Assembly: GCA_903813345.2 (NCBI GenBank)
Contig: CAIIXF020000001.1
Coordinates: 13,392,001 to 13,456,000, forward strand
Length of the DNA stretch: 64,000 bases
Direction of reading: 5' to 3'
From: Owenia fusiformis
Taxonomy: Eukaryota
The notes beneath the pieces are model-generated. The model searched no databases and was not told the DNA's origin. It was given only the letters and a program-made list of their open reading frames with translations. The translations under genes were made by a program, and so were the position numbers. Positions 21,543-33,500 of this stretch are shown in pieces. Numbering within the stretch: the first letter of the stretch is position 1; the number at the start of each line of letters is the position of its first letter.

Positions 21543-24500
21543 CTATTGTGTTGTGCTTTTCGAAGCACTGTTGGTACGCTTGCGTAAGCGCTTCACTAGT
21601 GGTACCTCTGGTGTATCTGCGGCATCCTGAAATCATATTCTATCCAGAAAACACCATTCCATGGTCATATTTCATGGCATATCTTGAATTGAATTAATAC
21701 AGAGTTGGATTGGGTAAACTGGATTGTTAACAGCTAATAGGCAATTGATTTCAAAGTTAACAATCAAAATTTTGAATTAATTTATATTTGAGGTTGACTA
21801 GCTTGGAACAAACATAACACGGACCTGAGCAGTTCCATCAGTTGTACACTGTTCACAGGATTGTGCTATAGCTTCATCAACAGATATTCTTCTTCCCTTG
21901 TTCGTACTCTTGCGTAGTCTTTGGGAAAGTGTCTGGAGGGGAATCACATCAGACTCAGATTCCTGCAGAAAAATACAACACCCTTTGTCTTGTTTTAAAC
22001 ATTCATTGATTTTCTTCGACTCGCAGTGCCTTATGTTGCCCAGAATGATTACAGTATCACCATAGTTGTAGCATCAAGCTCAGCCCCCCCCATACTACTG
22101 CCATAAATGATGGGTTGATTTTTCAAATCATATTGAAATCTTGCGGTTGAAAAACATTGTCAGTAGTTGAAACAAAGCTGAATTTTCTAATAACCCACCT
22201 TATTTTCTGGTTTCAATACACAATTAGTTGCAGTGGTGATTTGGAAAATCAACCTCACATTTATGGGGGTACTCTGTACTGAATACCCTACAACATACTT
22301 TCTACAATATGATTTGGAAGATAGAGCAGTGAGACCAGCAAATTAATGAAACTATAAAAGTGATCGGTAACAAGAATTTTAAAATTTTGAATTTTTTGAA
22401 ATTGTGTAAGATTTTTACTCTAGTGAAATTATACAATGCCTTTGTTGTTAATTTTCAAAACAAATACAAGGGTTACCTCTGATACTGAGGAGGATGCAGG
22501 CAGCTGGCCACTGATAGAAGTTGATTCATTTGTATAAGCAGTACAGCCTACATCAACACATTGTTCATATCTATGCTCTTTATGTTCAGGCACATTGGAT
22601 TCCTACAAAAGAGAAAATGTAAAGGATCTTGGATGGTTGTGTATCAGTGTATATTTTCTACACTTGACACTTCAAATGGTTTGCCAGATGTAGAAGCAGT
22701 CAATAATCCACCAATTGAAGAACACAAATAATAAAGCAGAGGAGGAAACTCAATTACAAAATGACTCCAAAGAAAGTATTATATATCAACTTATATTTAT
22801 TTATTTTTTATTTATTTATTTATTCAGAACTACGCTTTTGTATCAGCGGCACACTTTCAAAGGTGCGTCTTTACAATAAAACATAATATATCTAAAACTG
22901 AGTCTAAAGAATCTTTAAGGTTGCACTAAAACTTTAATGGTTAAAATAGGTTTCCTATCCGACTCAAATACTAAATAACTAATACATCTTAAGTAAAAAC
23001 ATTTTAGATACTGTGTCAAATGTTGAACCTAAATCTTGTCCCCCAAGTCTAAAAGCCTCATCACCTAGAATCCATTGAAGTTTATATTCAGGTGAAGACG
23101 CGAAGAATGTTTCACTCAGGGCAGATGGAATTTTGCTTTCAATTGTTTTGAAGAACACATTACGATGGTCATTATAGTGGGGACAGAGTAGAAGTCTATG
23201 TTCTACCGTTTCAATCATATTTGTACAAAAATTGCAATTGGGGTCCGAAAGTTTATTTTTCCATCTACATGTTTCACTTTTTAATTGGAACTTTCCTAAT
23301 CTCACAAGGAACTTTATCCTTGCGCCCTGAAAGTCATAGTCATTTCTAAAGTAGTTTTGAAGTCCTTTTCTGGTGGAAAGTGTACTATAAAAGGATAAGG
23401 ATGATTTTTGATCAATTTCATTCTTAGTATAAGATTTACATTCTTCCCTTATCCTGTTATCGTATTCATTAATCATTTCATCAGAATCATGACTTATGCC
23501 ATCGAAACCGATGGAGGACAGAATGTCATCCATTTGTTCAATGTATTTCCAGCTATTGGTTTTATTATTTTTAAGTCTATGTGACAAAGCTGCAATGAGG
23601 TTGCTTATAAGAGAATTCTCACTTTTGCCTAAAAGATGAAAAAAGTATTCAACTTGTCGTTTCAGCACAATAAAATGTATAGGAGTCCATCCTAGCTCGT
23701 TTATAGCGCCAATATATGCCGGAGTGCTTTTGATATTGAAAATTGCTCGCGCTGCGTTATATTGCATCGACTGAAGTTTATTTCTGATCACTTTTGTATC
23801 TGTAACCCATACACCACACCCATGTAAGATGCTTGGTAGAAATTTACTTGTATATAACGTGTTCCCAAAATCAATCCTCTTAGCATTGAGATGTTTACTA
23901 AGGGTATATGAACTATGGTTTTTCATCTTGACCGCGTTTGGCGCAAGTTTGTCAATGATGTGACAAGAATCTTTTAAGGACCTATCAATAAAAATTCCTA
24001 GGTATTTATATGTTTGAACCTCATTTAATTTTAGATCTCCCAAAGACCAAAGTTTAAGTTTATCAATTTTCTTACCTACGACCATAATACTGGATTTTTT
24101 CTCACTAAATCTAAACCCCCATTTAATTGCGAACTTATTTGCAACTTGTAACATATTTAATATGCTATATATAATAACAGTGCAGCCCAATGTACATATA
24201 CGTAGGTTGCTAAGGAATTACATGGAGTTGCCTATTGGTCAAAACTAACATACGAATCAGTTCTTATGTTATTTGCATTAAACACATGTATCGAAAAAAT
24301 TAGTCCGTCTGTACATGTAGTAATATTCTCTATAGACAATGATAGACTAGATACCAGTCTTAAATGAAATCTACTAACCAATCTTCTGGAAGAATCATTG
24401 TGCCTTTGTTTCCTGTTCAGTTGAGAACTTCTCCATTTTTTCTCACCGCTGTCTGGTTCCTACGATATAATGTAACCCACAATAAACATGACAAAATGCC

Positions 24501-27500
24501 ACCATACTTCTAGATAGTGACAAAACAATCAGTTATACAAGCAAAATGTCACCATATGCCATTTGTTACAGTCACCAACTGCCAAACACCAACCACTGCC
24601 AAACACCAACCACTGAATGCTGAAAACCAACTGCCTAACACCATCCACAAAAGAGCTTATGTCACCACTTGTGGTGGTATAAAAAACAGTTCTCAATTTT
24701 AGAATATCAGTGAATATTTTTTCCTATTTTTATATGATATATTACAGACAAGTAAATGTTGCAGTTATATAAAAGTAAATGTTACAGTTATGTTAATACT
24801 GACAAAAATATTAGAACATACCAATAGTGTTGACACCGCAGGTTGATCTGCGACTTCATCATGTTCTGTATGTTCTGTATCATTAATCAGGCTCTGCATT
24901 GGTGTACTGTGGGTATTGCCCTCCTGTTTAGCAGCAACTCCTAAGTTTTCATTTCCTGGATCTTCTTCATTCTGACACATTGATGTTATTTCATCATCAG
25001 TCAATATTTGACAAGTTTCACCACTCAGTAGTTTTAGCGTAAGTTTTGATTTTTGTTTATCACAAGATCTATTACGCATGTGGCGTTTTGCATTGGATAT
25101 TGAGCAGAATTTCTTTTGACATCTAGAGCACTGCTTTTCAGAGCTGACAGTGTTGGCTTTTGTAACGCGAGCATCTCCTTTAGTATTGCTGTCAATTTGT
25201 AGATTTTCACATTTTTTACTTTCAGTGCAAGTTCCACATTTTAAGTGTATTTTCAAACCAGCAAGGGCAGAGAATTTCCTTCTGCATTTCCAGCACTTAT
25301 TAACAGTTTTCTTAGTTGTATCAATTTCAGCATGCCCTTTCATTTCAATGGACTGCTGAGTAGGATCACCATGTGATGTCTCCATGAAATGGCTCTGTGC
25401 GACCACATCTTCGTACTTCTTCATAGCTTTGTCTTGATTTTGCACATTGAATTTCCTGGACCTGGTTGTAGATGTTTGCTTCAGCCTTTGTTCAAACAAT
25501 GTATAAGAGCTCATTCTTTTGTACTTTGCTTCTGATAATTGACTCCTTTTGCTGAATTTGAAAGAATATGTCTTTGCAGCATTTCTACAATAGCCTTCAT
25601 GTCTTTGAATGATTGACTTGGCATACTTTTTGCGACAATAATTGCAGCTAACTTCTCTTGAGATAGAGCTCTTATCTTCGGTAGCTTTGACGGTTTTAAT
25701 TCCTTTTGATGTATATGATTTCTTTTTGAGGTCTTTAAATGAAGCTTTCCATTTTTCTTTCATGGTTTTTTGTTGAATATTTCCAGTTAATGAACCATGT
25801 ATGTTATTCACATGTTTCAAATCAGGCTCATCAATGGATGTTGAAATGGTTCTGTTGTTTTTCTCAACTTCAGCAATGGCATGTACAATTTTAGATCCAT
25901 ATGGCGATGACAGTGCTTCTGAATAGTGTTGACATTCATTCTTCTGTTCAGATATATCATTATCATATTCTAAATGAGCATGTTTGAAGTCTGCAGGTTT
26001 TTCCATGTCTGGAGAAGCAGTTGGTGGATCTGGGTTCTTCTCACAAGTACTTTCAATTTGAGGTTCAAGTGTAGCTGTTGCAGATGCTCTCGATCTATAT
26101 GGCATGGTGTCTGTTATACCTGGAGTGACATTTAAGGATAGTTGAGTATCAGCCGATTTTGAAACAGGAATGCCTTTATTTTCTGTAGTTTCCTGATAAC
26201 TTGTTTTGATTTCAGAATCATCAGACATAGTGTCCAACAAAATGAGATCATTATATACAATTGTCTCACTTGAGTGATCAGGTCTCATTATACAAAGTCC
26301 TTCATGTTTTAGTATACATTCGGAAGGCATCCACTTGTTACAGTACTGACATTTGCACTTGGGCTTCTTATGTGATAAAGTCTTACTTGAATACTGGTTT
26401 GATTTAATAACATTTGTTTTCTTAATAGGCTTGTTGATATTTTTCTGTTGCACTAGGTATTGGAATGGTTTCCCACTAGAGCTAGACTGAATATAATCTT
26501 CATCGTTAGTTTCTGTTTTTGGAGACACAAGATTTTCTATAGATTGTTTTGTCTGAATGAGGTCATCATTTAATTTAGTTTCAATTCCAACTCCATATTT
26601 AGGATGGTCAGCCTTAGTTCTATGTTCAATAACCCAATCACATATGTGATCTGGTATTTTTGTTTCTAAAGGTGTAAGGGGTTTACAGAATTGTGTTGCT
26701 GGCAGAGAATCTATGGTTTCCACCTTTGTAAGGGAAGATATTTCCAATTCATCAACAGGCTCTATTCCTAGACTGAAACTAGAAATCCGGCTTGATGATC
26801 TGGAATGATCCGTGTCATAGGGAAGTGTATCTTGGAATGAGAGAGGACTTATATTTTCTGAACCAACATTATTTATCTCAGTATCAACTCCAGCGATATG
26901 TTTTTCAGCTTGAGTATTTTGACTTAGACCTTCTGGTAATGTTGTGCTGTTATCTTCAAATTGTATATGTGATTTAGCATTCACATTTGAATAGGCATCT
27001 TTCATAATGACATCATCCCTGCTGTCACTTACCATTGGTAGTCTGTTGTTTTTTATATCGGATGTCAAAATCGTCCTAGTAATCGAGCGATCTGGATTCA
27101 TCTTTACTTCAATTGGAAGTTTCTGGGAACAAGAGAGTCCATGATCTTTCATGCTGTTTATAGATGAATGCTCATCTCTCATACTTTTTACATTTGCTTC
27201 TCCATCAGTATATATGTCTCTTTTCCCAGATGATATTACACTTTCAATATCACTTCTGATGGCTGGTTGAAATGTTTTGCTCGCTGTGCTAGAATCAATG
27301 TTCTCAGTTATTGTTGTCGATTTTGTTTCTTTTTGAGGAATAAATTCATGTTCTATTGTGTTGTTGTTCATATCCTTGTGATCAACTATGGAAGTTACTG
27401 CTTCTTTAGAACTAGTTTTCTGCCCCGATTCCCGATCTTTTGAAATCTCATTTGGTATACACTGTTTCCCAAACATTGCAAATGTATTTCTCACACTCGG

Positions 27501-30500
27501 TGGCTCAGTTTCAATTTCAGTAACCTCAATATTTTTTTCACTATATCCATCTTTTAGAGCAGTCATTCTTAAGTCAAAGGACTCAGATGGACGGCATGTG
27601 CCATCCAGGTTAACATTGGTGGAATAGGAATCTGCATCTTCAGGAAGGATTCCCTTGAAACTGATCTCCCCATCATTCCAATTCACAACTTCCTTACATT
27701 CAAGATCAACAGATTTACAACTAGAATCAACTGATTCTTGACCTTTTAACATAAGTGACTCTACTTCCAAGTCATCTGGGTTTGAATCAGTATTATTTCT
27801 CGATGAAGGGAGCAGTGGGTCAGTTTCATCATTCATAGGATCGAGACTTTGTTCAGCTTCATCATTATCATTCTCTAGAAGTTCAGAGTCAATTTCATCT
27901 TTTGTAAGATTTACATCATTATTTTTCATGAGAAAGTCAGTTTTACCATCAGTTTTATCTAGATCTACATCAGCATCCTCATTCATCGGAGAGCAAGTCT
28001 TGCCATTTGTAATATCTACATTTGCATCATTAATTGTTGAGCAGGTATTTTTCTTCGCTATATTTTGACCAGCTTCAGCAACATTATACATTGCATAGCA
28101 AGTTTCATCTCCTGATACAACTAGATCTACATTGGAAGCATCATTCATCGAAGATCCAGTTTTGTCGGCTGTTACATCCAGATCTACATTGGAAACATCA
28201 TTCATCGAAGATCCAGTTTTGTCAGCTGTTATATGTACATTGGAAACATCATTCATCGAAGATCCAGTTTTGTCAGCTGTTACATCTACATTGGAAACAT
28301 CATTCATCGAAGATCCAGTTTTGTCAGCTGTTACATCCAGATCTACATTGGAAACATCATTCATCGAAGATCCAGTTTTGTCAGCTGTTACATCCAGATC
28401 TACATTGGAAACATCATTCATTGAAGATCCAGTTTTTTCAGATGTTACATCCAGATCTACATTGGAAACATCATTCATCGAAGATCCAGTTTTGTCAGCT
28501 GTTATATCTACATCTACATTGGAAACATCATTCAACGAAGATCCAGTTTTGACAGCTGTTATATGTACATTGGAAACATCATTCATTGAAGATCCAGTTT
28601 TGTCAGATGTTACATCCAGATCTACATGGGAAACATCATTCATCGAAGATCCAGTTTTGTCAGCTGTTATAATTGCATCTACATTGGAAACATCATTCAT
28701 CGAAGATCCAGTTTTGTCAGCTGTTACGTCAAGATCAAGAATGGAAACAGCATTCATTGAAGATCCAGGTTTCTCAGCTGTTGCATCTACATTTACATCT
28801 ACATCAGAAACATCATTCATTGGAGATGTAGTTTTATTAGCATCATTCCCTGGAGGGTCAGTTTTTCTCCCTATTCTATTTTGATATACTTCAGCATCAT
28901 CACTCATTAAAAATCCAGTTTTATCGTCTGTTACATGGTTCATTAAAGAGCCACTTTTGACAGCTGTTATAGACCTATCCAAATTAACCTCATCATTCTT
29001 TGGGGATTTGCTTCTTTTGTCATCTGTTATTCCTGTCATACATGGGATATCTGGTGATTGCACACTCTGGGGTTGTTCATCGAAAGACGTGATTGGCAGA
29101 TTTTCCCCACGAGTTGATACCTCAATCATGTTTGAGTTGGCGACTTCACCTTTAAAAGTTTCGGTAGTATGGTCTATTATATCAAAAGCATCAGAATGGG
29201 TATTCATAGTCCTCCCATCACTAATTGAACAAATATTAGAAACTGTGTATGATTCCCCAGTGTTTACTCCATTATCCTTCATGATTGGACATATCAGAGC
29301 TATGTTGTCTTTTGAGTTACTTGAAGGTTTATTTTCATAACATTCCTCCACATGTGAGGTAACATTCTTTATTCCTGTAGTCTGTGGAAGTTGATCATCA
29401 ATGTTGCCTGAACCATCAATCATTTCACATTCTTCTAGTGGAAGTGTAATATGTTCATCATGGTGGTCAACGTCACTGTCTATTTGTGTAGTTTCTTTGT
29501 CTGAATAAATACCAGAATCCATCATTCTAAGATCTCTATAAGAATCATTAGGAGTGCTTTCTGCAGAGAGGTGCTCATCAGAACAGCTAGTGTTACTATC
29601 TTTTGTTGGTAGTTGTTCCTCTTTTGTCAATGTGGGTTCAGCATTAACATCTTCAGAGTGAAGGCTGTCATCAGTTATCCTGTCTTTGTACTTAGGTTGG
29701 AGAGAATCAACTATAATGCTATGATTTTTCACATTATTCGACTCAATTATAGAATTTTGAATTGAGGATTCTGCATTGGTTGAAGACTCTACTTCAAGAT
29801 CTGCAGGTGAGATAGATATGTCAGCAAACATATGATCCAAGCCACTACTATCAACATCCTCCTTCCAGTCTGTTAGGCTATTGCAAATCTCTTTATCAAT
29901 ATTGAGGTCATTCACACTTGATGTAGATGCTGTTGTTTCTGGTTTGTATATAAATGTTGGAGGTTTGATTAATCCTGGTGTATATATGCAGGTAGATGAT
30001 GCATGACTCCCAGGTGTATCTTTGTCTTCTTTATTACAGGTAGTCTAAGAGGAAAAGAATACAATTCATGGTCATGCAAAACTAGATATTGGTTAATACC
30101 ATAGCAACTCAATTATCCTGCTCAATATATTATTAATAATTAACCTTTTCATTTTTTAATGAAAAATTGTGGCCATCTTGAATTGATCAGCCATATTTGA
30201 AATTCATTCTTGAGCAGTGGGCTAGAACCAAATTGAGTTAGATGGATTAATTGATGAATGGATGGACAGACAGATGGATGAATTGATTTGATGGCTCCTT
30301 TATATTTCTATTCAAACTTTGTTCAGATATATACATGGTATTTGTTTATGTGTTTGCCATTCATGCTCTTCAATAACTGCATGGAGCTTATCAACAGAAA
30401 TGTGCAACTTACAAACTGTTCAATTTTCTCATCATCACACAGACGTAGGTAAAGCAGAGAGTGGATTTTCTGGAAATAATCGCTGGACTTGAACTTGTAA

Positions 30501-33500
30501 AGTTTCATCAGCCAGTTCACAAGATTCCAAGCATATTTGTAGCAGCCATCGAAAATCAATATTTCAACTCTTATCTTTAGTATGTAATCATCAGACTCTG
30601 CAATATATTGTATTGCTGGAACATATATTCAATGTGGTTAGAAATCAAAGTGGAGCGCATTTGTGTAACATTCAAAGCAATGATAATTCATAAATCCATT
30701 GTAAATTTGTTATCACCGAAATTTGATATCAAAATTTATTCAAGGTGATATCATATTTGAAATCTAAATATAAAATTACATCAAGAAATATGGTTTTAAA
30801 AATCCTTAATTCTTTTATACTAGTTGATAAAAGTGAGAATCAGAATTGGTGGAACAAACTTCCCAAAGATTGTTACAATAATATCCATTTTGGACTCGTA
30901 TCATTCCTTGTCATATCTTTCTTTTAAAAATCATACTCGATTCTAACCTTTCTCAGATATTTAGACTTGTGAAAAATTTCAGAATGTAATTTCCTTAGAG
31001 CAATCAGGTAGTTTTTACAGTAGTAAATATAGGTTTAACAGAAGGAATAGTAGTTTTACAGTTTGGATAGTTTTTGGAAGTGGTATTTTGCAGCACAAAA
31101 AGTGGTCGTTTTTCCATGATCCTTTTAAACCAATTTAATTCAATATTCTTTGTCAGAAAATCAAAATTTTGCCCAAAACAGGTAGGTTGATAGATATTTT
31201 GAAAACCTTAAAGGACAACTGAAATAGCTTTTCTCAACTTGCAGCTGCAAAAATGCGGTTTTCTCCATTGTAAGCCCAATGTAGAGTTATTGCGATAGCC
31301 ATATGATTATAAAATAAATGTTAGATAACTGCAAACGGTCATAGATAACCAAATAAAACTAACTGATGAATCAAATTGGCCCCCACGTGATTAGTAACAA
31401 AATAGCTTTGGTTTATTGGTTCCTTAGTAATCACAACATCACGGCAACCATATGATTGTTTTGTAAACAAATAACAAAACATTTTGGCATTATGACGTCA
31501 TGATCTAATGCACCAAAGCGGGCCACGTGGGGACCAGTGAGAGATCACGTGGGGGCCAATAACGTCACAACCAATTTGAATATTGCTTATTAAGCAGCTA
31601 TAACGATCGTTAGAGTGAAATAATTTTCACACTACTGATGAGAAAACATGTCCAAATACATTTATCAAAAATTATATTGATTCCTTTAGCGGTTAAAAAT
31701 ACCATTTCATATCTGCTTTAAGCAATGATATTCACCTTTCTGCAGGTCAACTTGTTTTTGGTCCAACATCATCATCTGTTGAAGGGTAGGTTCCCCCCAT
31801 GGATTACATGCCAGTATGGATGCTCTAGCAAGCCAGATTGATTCATTACTAGGGAGTCTTTTGGAGGATACAGCTAGCATAGCCATGAGGCGGCACTTGG
31901 TATCATCATCCACATCTAACCATCTCTTGTCTAGCACTAAACGTGCCCAATATCTGGAATGTAATCCATGTACAATGTAATAAAGCAAAGTCATCATATA
32001 TAATGAAATTGAATTAACTTAAACCAAGGGAGTGGATACGATTCAATGCAATATTTTTCCAACAGACTACAGCTCAATTATTTTGGAAGAAAAATTGTAT
32101 TAATTGAGGAATAAATAAAGGTTCATGGGTGTTATACTGAGGGTCAATATATATCATATTAACCGAGGGGTATGCTTACATATAACAGCAATATATTCAT
32201 TCAATATAACAGCAATGATCATATATAACAGTACATGTAGTATGTTTACATAGCTTTTTATTTATTTTTTATTTTATTTAATACTTATCCTCTTTTTTAA
32301 GAGAGCTTTATCTCTTACCAATCTCTGCATCACTCGGGGGGGGGATATCAATATACTAACATTTAACAGCAATAAACTCATAAAACAGCAGTATACTTAT
32401 ATATAATAGGATATGCTCACATTTAACATCAATGTGCTGGTACACGTATATAACAGCAATATAATTCACATAACAACTTTTATCCTATGCCAAGTTGAGT
32501 TTAAGGGAGATAAGTTGGTAAGAATCCCGTATCCTGATTTTGAGGTTTCCATATCCAGAACCTCCATATCTCCCGCCAATTCTCCCGCTTCAGTGCATAT
32601 CTTCCCGTTTCGGTGCATATATTCCTGCTTCCGGTAATTTCACTGAAAACTCTACTTGGTATAGGATAAAGCAGTTATGTACGGTCGGTTTGGATATTGG
32701 GTTCATCCCTCGTGAGATATCCACATCTACCTTCGGTCCCTCAGGTAGATATGCATATCTCCCTCTGGATAAAGCCCAATATCCAAAACCTCCCAGTACA
32801 TAACCCTTATATATACTCACGTATAACAGCAATGTACTATCCATTCAACAGCTTCAGGATCTGCACCTTCTTCTTGCAGCAATTCTCTCTTGTCAACCAG
32901 ATCCCTGATCACCTTCTCAATCCCAATCACTTGATCTGAATATTCTGTGTTGGTGTGGAATAATTCTTTTATAGTCTGAAATGGGAGAATTGGAGTACAT
33001 GTAAATGCAAATATTATAAAAAAAGTTGAGAATGGTCTCATCGATGAAATAAAATACTCAAATGCATTTCAATTTTGGAGAAGATCTATGTAAATGAATA
33101 AAAATTTCCTTGGTGAAATATCCAGTGCAATTCGCAATACATCCTTTACAACAGAAAACAATGACATAGTTGGGATCCCACATTAGGCAGCCATTTTGAA
33201 TTTTCTTAGGCCAGAAAAATGATACAAAATTTGCAATCTATTCTAAATATGTCACAATGTAATATTTATAGGCCGTTCAACTGTCCCACAATTTGCGTAT
33301 TTGCTGAAGAAATCGATGTCACTCCCATTTTTTTTTGGCGTGACAGAATATGTCACTCATATCTGCATTTTTCTGATTATTGTAAAGCAAAGATATTTCA
33401 GGAGATGAACATCAAAATAAATGTTTCTACGTTCACAATTTTCACGCAAAGCGCGTATATGAGACGCATTTACTTCAAATTTTCCTATTTCCAACCCCAA

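Noticed and set aside
22979-24190. 403-aa ORF as a nested host gene or domesticated RT
   Set aside because: Lacks the RT catalytic core, has no real ATG, and ends in a LINE tail; simple 5' truncation.
28034-28884. Plus-strand ORFs of 172, 250 and 63 aa over the minisatellite
   Set aside because: Shadow ORFs: the repeat unit happens to lack stops on the antisense strand of a real exon.
32413-32939. Cluster of overlapping 74-87-aa ORFs in GC-richer DNA
   Set aside because: Explained by two palindromic MITEs plus the adjacent true exon 32821-32975.
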